From Planctomycetota bacterium (lineage in GTDB: Bacteria; Planctomycetota; UBA1135; UBA2386): DNA of 64,000 nt. The translations under genes were made by a program, and so were the position numbers. Below, one piece after another: positions 18,836 through 28,137 of this stretch. The notes under the pieces are model-generated. The model did not search any database. It saw only the letters and a list, made by a program, of their open reading frames with translations, and was not told the origin of the DNA. Position 1 is the stretch's first letter, and each line of letters opens with the position of its first letter. The stretch lies in the NCBI GenBank assembly GCA_947501605.1, contig CANMWZ010000002.1:1-64000 (forward strand), read 5' to 3'.

Positions 18836-19894
18836 TCAGACGTCCGCGAACCAGATCGTCTCCGTCAACAGCTCGCGCAGCACCGAAGTCGCGAAGCAAC
18901 CGCGCGGCAGCGTGAACGCCACTGTGAGCGCATCGGTCCCGATCGGGAGCACACTCGCCTCCGCGACGGGCATGCGCAGCGGGCGCCGTTCGCCGCTGCC
19001 AAAGCCAAAGGGCAGATCCCGGAACTGATCGCGCTGGAGGCCCAGAGCGGCCAAGGCCTCGTCCTCGATGGCCTTCGGCTCGCCGGTGGGGTCCGGCATC
19101 TTCGGGCCGTGCATCGGTCCAGACGGCGACAGCTCCAGGGCGTCGGCTCGAACCTGCTCGCGGGCTGGCTCGTCGATCGGGAAGCAGGCGTGGTTCTTGT
19201 GCAGGATCGCGAGGTCGCCTTGCAACAGGTGACCAAGGGCTTGCCGGCGCGCGATGATGACACGGTTGAAGATCTCACTCTGCACGGCTGCGATGCACAG
19301 GCCGAACACGCGCCGCGGCATCTTGCGAGCGAGTGCCGCACCGCCGCCGCACAGGATCTCGAGGCCGCGCTGCAAGTTCGCGCCGCGCTTGCCAAAGCGC
19401 TGCTCGCCGAAGTAGTTCGGCACGCCCACATGCTCGATCTCGGCCAGGTTCTGCTGTGCGATCGCAAGATCCCCGTCCTTCGTCCCGCGCAGCGTGATCG
19501 AGAAGCGGTTGCCGCGCAGGTGGCCCATCTGCAGCTTGTTCGTGTGTCGCGTGACCTCGAGGACGCGCCAGCGCTCGCCACCGATCTCACGCGCGTTCGA
19601 ATCGTGAACGCCAGCCACCGAGATCCACTGACGACTGACGGACTGCGCGTCTTTGAGGCCAGCCACCCCCACGGCACGCGGGTCGGCACGAAGGGCGTGG
19701 GCGACTTCCGCCACCATGTCCATGGTGGTGATCGCTCGCTTCTCGATCCACAAGAACACGTGCTCGCCGTGCTTGCTCGGAGCGTAGGCCGGAATCTCGT
19801 CGACGACGAAGTCCTCCGGTTCCACCTTGTAGCGTCCTGAGAGGAAGCCGCCCGCACATCCGCGGGGCACCGGCCGAGTTGGTTTCATATCCAT
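18836..19894 (-). CDS. truD: tRNA pseudouridine(13) synthase
   Basis: PEDFVVDE, AGLKD (catalytic Asp), GHLRGNRF, PNYFGEQRFG, FTLPRGCFAT; start uncertain (19894 or 19888). Confidence 0.93.
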   Translation of the reverse strand: MDMKPTRPVPRGCAGGFLSGRYKVEPEDFVVDEIPAYAPSKHGEHVFLWIEKRAITTMDMVAEVAHALRADPRAVGVAGLKDAQSVSRQWISVAGVHDSNAREIGGERWRVLEVTRHTNKLQMGHLRGNRFSITLRGTKDGDLAIAQQNLAEIEHVGVPNYFGEQRFGKRGANLQRGLEILCGGGAALARKMPRRVFGLCIAAVQSEIFNRVIIARRQALGHLLQGDLAILHKNHACFPIDEPAREQVRADALELSPSGPMHGPKMPDPTGEPKAIEDEALAALGLQRDQFRDLPFGFGSGERRPLRMPVAEASVLPIGTDALTVAFTLPRGCFATSVLRELLTETIWFADV

Positions 19895-19935
19895 GGCCGA
19901 TGGCGCGCTGCACCGGATTCCCGGTGCTCGCGAGC

Positions 19936-20868
19936 TCACTCCTTCTTGCTCTTCTTGCCGCGTTTCGGCTTCTCTTCGACTGGGGCTGGCGGAACCTCGA
20001 TCGGCTCGTGCGTGGCCTGCGGTGCTGGCTTGAACGCGGCAACTGGGTCACGGCCTGTCCCGTATGCGAGGAAGCGGGCAAGTTCGTCGCGCATCTGCGC
20101 CCGTTGGACGATCCGGTCGATCTGCCCCTTCTCCAGCAAGAACTCGCTGCGCTGGAACCCCTTTGGCAGCTCCTTCTTGATCGTGGTCGCGATCACGCGA
20201 GGACCCGCAAAGCCGATCAGGGCGCCTGGCTCGGCGAGCAGCAGATCACAGACCGAGGCAAACGACGCCGTGACGCCGCCGGTAGTCGGATGCGTCATGA
20301 CCGAGATGGAGAACCCGCCCGCCCGATGCATAAGCGCCAACGCACCACAGGTCTTGGCCATCTGCATCAGCGAGACCGCACCTTCGTGCATCCGCGCGCC
20401 GCCCGAACAGGCGAACAGAATCAGTGGCAACTTGCGCGCCGCCGCGTGTTCGGCAGCACGGGCCACCTTCTCGCCGACAACCATGCCCATCGAGCCGCCA
20501 AGGAACTGAAAGTTCATCACCGCCAGCATGCAGGGGATGCCCTTGATCGTGGCAGTGCCGGCGATCAACGCGTCCGTTTCCCCAGTCTTCTCCTGGGTGA
20601 GCTTGAGCTTCTGGTCGTAGGGGACCTTGTCGTTGAAGCCGAGTCGGTCGACCGGCATCAGAGGTTGGAACATCTCTTCGAACGACCCCGGGTCGGCCGT
20701 GAGGGCGATGCGTTCGCGGCCTGGAAGGGTGAAGTGGTAGCCGCACGAGCCGCACACCCGGTGCTTTTGCTCGAACTCCTTGCGAAAGAGCATGCCGCCG
20801 CAGGACTCGCACTTGATCCAGAGTCCTCCGGGCATGTCCTTCTTCTTGCCGAAGCGGGTCCAGGCCAT
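19936..20868 (-). CDS. accD: Acetyl-CoA carboxylase carboxyltransferase beta subunit
   Basis: GLWIKCESC...VCGSC zinc ribbon, FLGGSMG.VVGEK, SGGARMHEG, PTTGGVTASFA, GFAGPRVI. Confidence 0.97.
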   Translation of the reverse strand: MAWTRFGKKKDMPGGLWIKCESCGGMLFRKEFEQKHRVCGSCGYHFTLPGRERIALTADPGSFEEMFQPLMPVDRLGFNDKVPYDQKLKLTQEKTGETDALIAGTATIKGIPCMLAVMNFQFLGGSMGMVVGEKVARAAEHAAARKLPLILFACSGGARMHEGAVSLMQMAKTCGALALMHRAGGFSISVMTHPTTGGVTASFASVCDLLLAEPGALIGFAGPRVIATTIKKELPKGFQRSEFLLEKGQIDRIVQRAQMRDELARFLAYGTGRDPVAAFKPAPQATHEPIEVPPAPVEEKPKRGKKSKKE

Positions 20869-21017
20869 GGTCTTGGGTTCTCGAGAGTTCGGGGTATCTG
20901 GGGTGTCGATCGGGGGAGGATAGCGAGCCGCCCAGCCCGGGCCAGGGCGCAGGGTGCACAAACCTGCCTCTAATTGCTGGGCCGTTCCCCCGCTGCGCTT
21001 GGCCAGCGACACCCTCG

Positions 21018-21698
21018 TCAGCCGCGGTCAAGGCCCGATGCGGCGGTCGCGGCGGCGCGCAGCTCGCGAATGCGCACGGCTCGATCCGGCGCGGCGAACA
21101 CCGCGGTGCCGGCAACGAAGACGTTGGTTCCTGCCTTGGCCGCCTGTTCGATCGTCTGCGGGCCGATCCCACCGTCCATCGAGATCTCGCCGCGGAACCC
21201 CATCTGCCGCAGCGCCTCGACCTTCTGCAACACTGCGGGCATGAACTTCTGGCCGCCGAAACCGGCGAACACGCTCATGACGAGCACCAGATCGAGCTCT
21301 GCCAGGTAGGGCCGGAGTCGCTCCACCTGGGTGTCGGGCTGCAGGGACATACCCGCCTTGCGTCCACGGCCACGAATGCGCCCGATCAGCTCGTTGGCAT
21401 CGCCACGATCCTCGACTTCGACGTGGAAGGTGAGCCAGTCCGCGCCGGCATCGAGGAAGGCATCGGCGTAGCGCCACGGGTCCGTGATCATCAGATGCAC
21501 GTCCAGGGGCTTCGTCGCAACCCGCCGGATGGCCGCCACGACCACCGGCCCAAAGGTCAAGTTCGGCACGAAATGGCCGTCCATGACGTCGAGGTGGAGC
21601 CAGTCGGCCCCCGCCCGCTCCACCGAGGCGCACTCGTCGGCAAGGTGCGCGAAATCGGCGGCGAGCAAGGACGGCGCGATGCGAATTGGGGCGGTCAC
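21018..21698 (-). CDS. rpe: Ribulose-phosphate 3-epimerase
   Basis: IAPSLLAADF, HLDVMDGHFVPNLTFG, DVHLMI, MSV..GFGGQ, MDGGI. Confidence 0.97.
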   Translation of the reverse strand: MTAPIRIAPSLLAADFAHLADECASVERAGADWLHLDVMDGHFVPNLTFGPVVVAAIRRVATKPLDVHLMITDPWRYADAFLDAGADWLTFHVEVEDRGDANELIGRIRGRGRKAGMSLQPDTQVERLRPYLAELDLVLVMSVFAGFGGQKFMPAVLQKVEALRQMGFRGEISMDGGIGPQTIEQAAKAGTNVFVAGTAVFAAPDRAVRIRELRAAATAASGLDRG

Positions 21699-21880
21699 GG
21701 CGCGTCCTGTTTAGCGGTTGGGAGGAGCGCGAGCCAAGCTCCGTTGCGAATCGAGCAAACGCCGCCTGCGGCCTTCCAGCCGGTGCCAGCGTGCCATCCA
21801 GCAAACCCAGTTCGAGACTACATCGACGCCAGGGACCAGGACGATTCGGAGGGCACCAACCGGGAGAAGCAGCAACAGGG

Positions 21881-24862
21881 ATGTTCTCGTATCGACACAG
21901 CGCTATTGCGCTCACAGCGGTCCTATGCGCTTGCGGCAGCAGCGGAGCGGGCAGCAGCAACAGCAACGCAGGCCAGGCGAGCTACAGCGCCATCACGCTG
22001 CTCTCGCACGAACCTGCCGATGCGGCGGTCCAAGTACCGCTCACGACCACCATCACCATGCGGTTCGACGCGCGGATGGTCCTCGATTGCACCCGCCATC
22101 CCGACACTTGGCTGCGGCGGTCGGGCACCGACGTCTCGCTGCCAGGTACATGGAGCCTCGCGGACAACAGCCAGTCGCTGGTGTTCACACCGAACAGCCA
22201 GTTGCTGCCCGAGACCGACTACGACGTCTCCGTGTCCCCCCTCACCTGCGACCAGCAAGGGCGCATCCTTGAGACCACCACGACGTTCAGCTTTCGCACG
22301 CTCGATGAAACGGCGCCGTCGGTGATCGCCGCGAACGTGACGCCGAACCAAACCGGCCGCAGTCGCACCGCGCCGTTGGTCGTGACTCTGTCCGAAGCGA
22401 TCGGCAGCAGCAGTGTGACCCCGAACTCGGTCATCCTGCGCGACATCTACAACCAGCGCTACGACTGCACGCGCACAGTTTCGGGCGCGACGCTGAGTAT
22501 GCAGCCGCTCGCGGACCTGCCGGGCGACCGCCGCTTCACGCTTCAAGTAGGAGACTTGGTCACGGACCGCGCCGGCAACCAACTGCCGGCGACGTGGACC
22601 GTGTCGTTCTGGACGGCAACCGACACGCGGGCGCCCGCTGTGACCTCGGTTTGGCCTCCGAACCTCGCCGCCGGCATCTCGCCACTGATTCAACCGATCG
22701 TCACCTTTGACGAGGGCATGGACCCCTTCACGGTCGAGCCCTCGTCGCTCTTGTTCCAGGACGAGTTCGGAAGCCTGGTCGCCTACACCGTCGCCTGCAG
22801 CTCGGATCAGCGCACGTTGCGCATTCGCCCAAACCAGCCACTCAGCAGCGGGCGCACGTACCTCCTGGCCTTCTTGGTTTCGGGCGCGGCCGTCACCGAT
22901 GTCAGCGGCAACCCGCTCACCAGCACGCAGCCGCTCTCGTTCGTGACCGGCAGCGACGCCGTCCCGCCGCAAGTTGCCTCGGCCGATCCAAGCAATCTGG
23001 CGACGCGCGTGAGCCTCAACGCCGAGCCGCGCGTGACCTTCGTCGAGAGCCTCGATCCGACCTGGGTGACCAACAGCACCGTCCAGCTGCTGCAGAACGG
23101 CGTCGTCGTCCCAGCGGTGCTGTCGCAACCTGACGCGCAGAGTGTGCAACTCTCGCCGGTCCTGCCGTTCGATGCAGCAGCGAGCTACAGCGTACGCGTG
23201 CGCAGTGGTCACGACGGCCTCCGCGATCTCGCCGGCAACATCCTGGCTCAAGACGTGCTCGTCACGTTTGCAACCGCTGAGGATGCAACGCTGCCGACGG
23301 CTTCGATGCAGCCTGCCGATGGCGCGGTTGGAGTACCAGCGACGATGCGCGCCAGCATCGTCTTCAGCTCGAGGCTCGATCCGGCCACGGTTTCCGACTC
23401 GACCTGCGAACTGTGGACCGACGCCGGCTCGAGCGTGCCGAGCATTGTCGCGCTGACCAGTGAAGACCGCGTCGTCACGATCACTCCGTTGGCCACGCTC
23501 TCGCCGCTGACCTACTACCGAATCCTCGTGCGCGGCGGCTCGTCAGGCCTGCGCGAGACCAGCGGCAACTGGCTCCCTGACAACCTCAGCGCGCGCTTCC
23601 GCGTCGGCTCGACCTCAGACGTCACCGCTCCCGTGGTCACCGCCACCGTCAATGGCATCGACAGCTCGCGCCGCTTCGGACTCGTGCTTCCGACGCACGG
23701 GTTCTCGTTCGATATCGACGCCCAAGACGGCTTGCAGGTACCGGACCTCGGCTCGGTGCGCATCGATCTCACAGGTCCGGGCACTGCCCCTGACCCGGCG
23801 GCCTTCTACCAGAATGCGACCATCGGCTATCGCAGCTTCCGAGCGATCGTGCCGTCGACCTTGGCGCTGACACCGGGCACGTGGACGGCGACCGTGCGGG
23901 TGGCCGACCTTGCCGGCAACGTCGGCGTATCCCCAGCGTTCACGTTCGCAGTCGCAGAACCTTCCGGCGCTCTCGTACCCTTCGAACGGACGCAGGTGGT
24001 CTGGACGCGCACCGATCTCGATCGCGACGGCAACGGCCGCGCCGACTTCGACGATGACATGCTGCGTCTTGGTCTCGCGACCACGGGCGATCCGGCCAGT
24101 ACCAATGTCCATGTGCGCAACGTGGCTCGCGACGCGATTCTCGCTCGCGCCAACGATCTGTTCGGCCGCGGCGCTCGCGGCGAACCGCTCGATCAGGATT
24201 CGGTCGCCATCCGGTTCACGCCGTTCGAGCCGATCGCCCTGGCACATCTCCAGATCGCCGTCGGTGGCCTCGATCCGCAAGGCAACCGCAACCGCAGCTA
24301 CGGCGATCCGACGACCGGCGTCCTCGGACGCGCCTACTACGACTATCGCAACGGCAACACCAACGACCGGAACATCGGCACGTCGCCAGGACTCGGCGTC
24401 TTCCCGGCCGAGATGTTCCTCTACCAAGCCGATCTGCACACGCAGTTGTATCCAGCCTTCCAGACGATGTTCGCGCAGCGCTTCTTGCCGCTGTGCCCGA
24501 ACATGGGCGGCACTCCGGCGGGCAGCCATCCTCTCGATGCCACGGTGTTGCGAGCCTCGTTCAACCCGAACACCGCCACTGGCCAGGAGTATGCGCGGTG
24601 GCTCGTGGTCATGCGCGCAATCGATGACTGGGCGCTCGTGATCGGCACCGTGCTGGCACACGAGGTCGGTCATGCAGTCGGCCTCGTCGCACCCGGCAAC
24701 GCCCCACGCGGTTTGTTCGGCGACTCGTCGCTGCACAACACCAACGCGAGCGCCGCCGAGGTGATGGCGCCAGCCGTTGGCTACGAGGCGATGGTGAGTC
24801 TCGATTACCACTTCCGCGACACGAACATGGCCTACCTCAGGCATCGGATCCTGCTGCGATGA
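21881..24862 (+). CDS. Lipoprotein with five Big_5/SbsA-type Ig repeats, one further Ig domain and a C-terminal HExxH zinc-metallopeptidase-like domain
   Basis: Lipobox VLCAC and Ser/Gly linker; repeats of P.V....P..(A/G)..V......F...D ... D..GN.L......F.T; DRDGNGRADFDD Ca-binding-like motif; LAHEVGHAVGL and downstream EVMAP. Start set at ATG 21881. Confidence 0.82.
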   Translation: MFSYRHSAIALTAVLCACGSSGAGSSNSNAGQASYSAITLLSHEPADAAVQVPLTTTITMRFDARMVLDCTRHPDTWLRRSGTDVSLPGTWSLADNSQSLVFTPNSQLLPETDYDVSVSPLTCDQQGRILETTTTFSFRTLDETAPSVIAANVTPNQTGRSRTAPLVVTLSEAIGSSSVTPNSVILRDIYNQRYDCTRTVSGATLSMQPLADLPGDRRFTLQVGDLVTDRAGNQLPATWTVSFWTATDTRAPAVTSVWPPNLAAGISPLIQPIVTFDEGMDPFTVEPSSLLFQDEFGSLVAYTVACSSDQRTLRIRPNQPLSSGRTYLLAFLVSGAAVTDVSGNPLTSTQPLSFVTGSDAVPPQVASADPSNLATRVSLNAEPRVTFVESLDPTWVTNSTVQLLQNGVVVPAVLSQPDAQSVQLSPVLPFDAAASYSVRVRSGHDGLRDLAGNILAQDVLVTFATAEDATLPTASMQPADGAVGVPATMRASIVFSSRLDPATVSDSTCELWTDAGSSVPSIVALTSEDRVVTITPLATLSPLTYYRILVRGGSSGLRETSGNWLPDNLSARFRVGSTSDVTAPVVTATVNGIDSSRRFGLVLPTHGFSFDIDAQDGLQVPDLGSVRIDLTGPGTAPDPAAFYQNATIGYRSFRAIVPSTLALTPGTWTATVRVADLAGNVGVSPAFTFAVAEPSGALVPFERTQVVWTRTDLDRDGNGRADFDDDMLRLGLATTGDPASTNVHVRNVARDAILARANDLFGRGARGEPLDQDSVAIRFTPFEPIALAHLQIAVGGLDPQGNRNRSYGDPTTGVLGRAYYDYRNGNTNDRNIGTSPGLGVFPAEMFLYQADLHTQLYPAFQTMFAQRFLPLCPNMGGTPAGSHPLDATVLRASFNPNTATGQEYARWLVVMRAIDDWALVIGTVLAHEVGHAVGLVAPGNAPRGLFGDSSLHNTNASAAEVMAPAVGYEAMVSLDYHFRDTNMAYLRHRILLR

Positions 24863-25860
24863 ACCACGTGCTCCGAAAGCTCTCCTTCTTGCTGCTGACC
24901 GGTGCAACAGTCGCGCAACAGCAAGCTACGACCCTGTGGCACCTTGCCGAGCATGCGTCCGCAGTCGTGGTTGCCGCGGCCACATCGGCCACCGATCCGA
25001 ACCCGGAATGGCATCGCATCGAGTTCCGCACCGACGAGGTGCTGAAGGGTGCCGTCGGTCCTAACTTCCGTTTGCTCGAGCCCGCCGGGCGGTGCTGCGG
25101 GCACGCACTGTTCTCGGTGATCCCCGGACAGAGTTACCTTCTGTTCCTCGATCGTCGAGGCCAGACGTTGCATCCGCTGGCGGGCGACCGTGGAGTGCTC
25201 GCGGCTGATCCGATCCTGGTAGCTCACGTTCGCCGACTCATGACCGCCAGCAGCGACGTCGAGGCCACGGGGCGAGAACTCGCTGCGGCCCTTCAGATGG
25301 TGGATTCTCGCATGGCCCAGGACGCCGCGCTGGCGCTGTCATGTCTGCCGACGCTGCCGGCGGACGGCAACGCGCGCGAAGGGATCCGAAGCGCTCTTCG
25401 CCGTGAGGCTTCGGCCCCGACGACCGCACTGCCGGCTCTCGCTGCAGCCGTGGTACGCATGGACCCTGCCGCGGCGGCAAGCAACCTCTTGCCGCTCTAC
25501 CTCACCACAACGCAGGACGACGCCGCGCGAACCTTGCAGTTCGCACTCGATGGCATCGAGACACGCGACTTGGCCAACGCCATGCAGTCCCAGATCTTCC
25601 GTGACGATGCCGAGCGAGTACGCGCAGCGGACTTGCTGGCGCAGCGGCCCGATCCGTCCAATCTCGTACTGCTCAACCGGATGCTCGCCGCCGCCGACAA
25701 ACCGCGCGTGAGCCTGGCAGTTGCCGAAGCACTGCTGGCACACGGCGAGACCGCCACATCGCTGCAATCGCGCGTCGCAGAAGTCGTGCTGCAGTTGGCG
25801 ATGCATCGCCGCGCCGAGCGCATGCCACTCCGCGTCGTCCAAACCGGAGCCTCACGATGA
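24859..25860 (+). CDS. Exported hypothetical protein: N-terminal OB/TIMP-like domain plus HEAT-like helical repeats
   Basis: ATGA overlap with the upstream gene; signal ending GATVA|Q; pattern L..LA..A..VV...F...EVLKG...CG...G.SYLLFL followed by Ala/Leu-rich helices. Confidence 0.65.
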   Translation: MNHVLRKLSFLLLTGATVAQQQATTLWHLAEHASAVVVAAATSATDPNPEWHRIEFRTDEVLKGAVGPNFRLLEPAGRCCGHALFSVIPGQSYLLFLDRRGQTLHPLAGDRGVLAADPILVAHVRRLMTASSDVEATGRELAAALQMVDSRMAQDAALALSCLPTLPADGNAREGIRSALRREASAPTTALPALAAAVVRMDPAAAASNLLPLYLTTTQDDAARTLQFALDGIETRDLANAMQSQIFRDDAERVRAADLLAQRPDPSNLVLLNRMLAAADKPRVSLAVAEALLAHGETATSLQSRVAEVVLQLAMHRRAERMPLRVVQTGASR

Positions 25861-28109
25861 CCCTGCCCGCGTTGTACCGACCCAACCTGCGACAGGCCTT
25901 GGCAACGCTGCCGCTATCGCCACGATCGCGTCGCGCGATCGAACTGCACCAGCTCACGACCGTCGCCGACTTCGTGCAGATGACGAAGGAACGCTTCATG
26001 AAAGCGCCCGGCTGCGGCGAACGCACCTGGCACGAGATCGAGCATCGCGTCTGCGGCTACTTGGCAGGCCGCCTCGGGGATCCCGATGCGCATCGCGAGG
26101 ACGACCGCCCACTCGGACCGTTGATCGGCGACCCCGAGGTCGCGCACTTGCTGGCCGACGCCGGTCTGCGCACGGTCGGTGACTTCTTGGCCATGCCGAG
26201 AGCCGAGGCGCAACGCATCCCATCGCTCAAGAAGAAGCGCTGGGAGGAGGTCCACGCCGCCATTCTCACGACCCGGCGCCAACCACCAGCAGCCGCGCCG
26301 CTGCTGCCCGAAACGCTACGTCGCCTCACGCTTCGCGCCGCTGGCGTCACCGAGCCACTGCTACAAGAACTGCTCGACCTTGGCTGCACCACGGTCGGGC
26401 ACGCGCTCCTGTTGCCGGCAACGGTCTTCCAGCAGGGCGGACTGCTCGGGCCGAGTGCGGCCGTCACGCTGCGGCTGGCACTGCAACAACTCCTGCGCCC
26501 TGCACTCGAGCCGCTGGAAGAGGAACCCGTCGACCCGGTCACGGACTGGCCGACCCTTCGCGGACGCTTGCTCGCCGCTCTCGATGACTCCAGTCGCGAC
26601 TGGTTCTGCCTTCGAATCGGTCTCACCGATGCCTCGCCCACGGCGCCACGAAAACACTCGGAACCGCACTCCGAGGAACTCGCCAACCGTCGCGACGAAG
26701 CTGTGCGACAGCGCCTCACCCTTCGAGCCCCGTCGCTGGTGCAGCGCTTGCGCTACGAGTACCTGCGCGAGATCGATGCCTTCGACGGCCTCGTCCGCAG
26801 CGATCGACTTGCCGTTGGCTCGTGGCTCCACACCCTGGCCAAGGGCAGCGGGGACCCGCAGTTGCCGCTGCGACTGCTGGCCTATTGCCTCCCGACCGAA
26901 GCGTTTGTCAACGATGGCTGCCTCTCGGCGGTACCGCCCAGAACGTGGAACAAGCTCCGTCAGCGCTTGCGCAGTTTGACGACCCCGCGACTTCTGCCGC
27001 GGCGACTCGAAGACCTCGCCCACGAGCTCCACTCGGTATGCGACCCGATCGCACGTGGGGTCCTCACCCACATGGTCAGCGAGTTGTGCCACCTGCGCAT
27101 CCACATTGACGAGAAGCGCGGCGAGATGGTGCTGCCGGCCCAGCCACTCCTCGCGCGTCGCCTGGAAGAACTGCTCGTCGAACGCGGCAGGCCGACGAGC
27201 ATCGAAGACCTCGTCTTCGACTACCGCGAACGCTTCCAGGTTGCGCGCCCCCTGCGCCTGCTGGCCCAACTACGAAGAGACGACATCTTTGTGCAATTGG
27301 ACGCCTCGGTCTGGAGTCTCCGCGCTTGGCACGTGGATGAACTTGCGCAACTGAAGGGCGCGGCCGAGACGGTTGTGCGACTCGTCTGCGAACGCGGCGG
27401 CAAGCAATCGATCGCGGCACTCCATGCGGGTGACGATCGCACCTCCTGGCTCGTCGTCGACCTTGTGCGCCACGATCGGCGCGTGCGTTGGTTGGGCCGC
27501 GGCGAAGCCTGCCCCGCCAACCAAGAACGCTCGCAGGTTCTCGAGGACCTGCTCTTGGACTTCCGTCGAGCGGCTGGCGAGGTACCAATGAGTCGCTTCC
27601 TGGAGAATCAGCCAGAGGAGCGAAAACGCCTGGTCGGACATCTGCTGGCTGAGAACCGACTGTTCGTCTTCCCGTCACCGGATCGCATCGACGTGCTGAC
27701 GAACTACCCGTTCAACAAGGAACGACTGGCGCGACTGACCCACCTCGTCGACGACTTCCTGATCGCGCGCAATGGCTATGCGCCACTCGACGCAGTGATC
27801 GCCGAAGTCAACCGCTGCGACCTTGGCGGCAGTTGGCTGCAGCCGACGCTTCTTGGCGAGCTGCTGCGCCGTCATGGCGCCTTTGAAGTGCTGCCCGGCG
27901 GCTTTGTGTCGCGAAGCGTCCTCGGACTCGTCGGCTGGCTCATGCGCAGAGCACGCACCGCTCTGCGTGAAGCCAGTATTCCGATCACGGTGTCGGAGCT
28001 GTTGGCGCAGCGGCCTGAGCTCGCGGAGTTCACCGAGTGTCTCGCCGATCTCCTGCGCCACGATCCTCTGGTCCAGACGCCGGACGGTCAGCGCTTTCAG
28101 ATCGCGTAG
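25857..28109 (+). CDS. Protein with three RNA-polymerase alpha-CTD-like repeats, a degenerate sigma-region-4-like segment and several winged-HTH (HARE-HTH/RpoE-delta-like) domains
   Basis: LPLSPRSRRAIELHQLTTVADFVQMTKERFMKAPGCGERTWHEI (alpha-CTD pattern), with repeats at GLRTVGDFL and GCTTVGHAL; EELLVERGRPTSIEDL...DDIFVQLDASVWSLRAW winged helix; ATGA overlap. Confidence 0.75.
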   Translation: MTLPALYRPNLRQALATLPLSPRSRRAIELHQLTTVADFVQMTKERFMKAPGCGERTWHEIEHRVCGYLAGRLGDPDAHREDDRPLGPLIGDPEVAHLLADAGLRTVGDFLAMPRAEAQRIPSLKKKRWEEVHAAILTTRRQPPAAAPLLPETLRRLTLRAAGVTEPLLQELLDLGCTTVGHALLLPATVFQQGGLLGPSAAVTLRLALQQLLRPALEPLEEEPVDPVTDWPTLRGRLLAALDDSSRDWFCLRIGLTDASPTAPRKHSEPHSEELANRRDEAVRQRLTLRAPSLVQRLRYEYLREIDAFDGLVRSDRLAVGSWLHTLAKGSGDPQLPLRLLAYCLPTEAFVNDGCLSAVPPRTWNKLRQRLRSLTTPRLLPRRLEDLAHELHSVCDPIARGVLTHMVSELCHLRIHIDEKRGEMVLPAQPLLARRLEELLVERGRPTSIEDLVFDYRERFQVARPLRLLAQLRRDDIFVQLDASVWSLRAWHVDELAQLKGAAETVVRLVCERGGKQSIAALHAGDDRTSWLVVDLVRHDRRVRWLGRGEACPANQERSQVLEDLLLDFRRAAGEVPMSRFLENQPEERKRLVGHLLAENRLFVFPSPDRIDVLTNYPFNKERLARLTHLVDDFLIARNGYAPLDAVIAEVNRCDLGGSWLQPTLLGELLRRHGAFEVLPGGFVSRSVLGLVGWLMRRARTALREASIPITVSELLAQRPELAEFTECLADLLRHDPLVQTPDGQRFQIA

Positions 28110-28137
28110 GGCTTTGACGACCGCCAGACCGCCTGCA

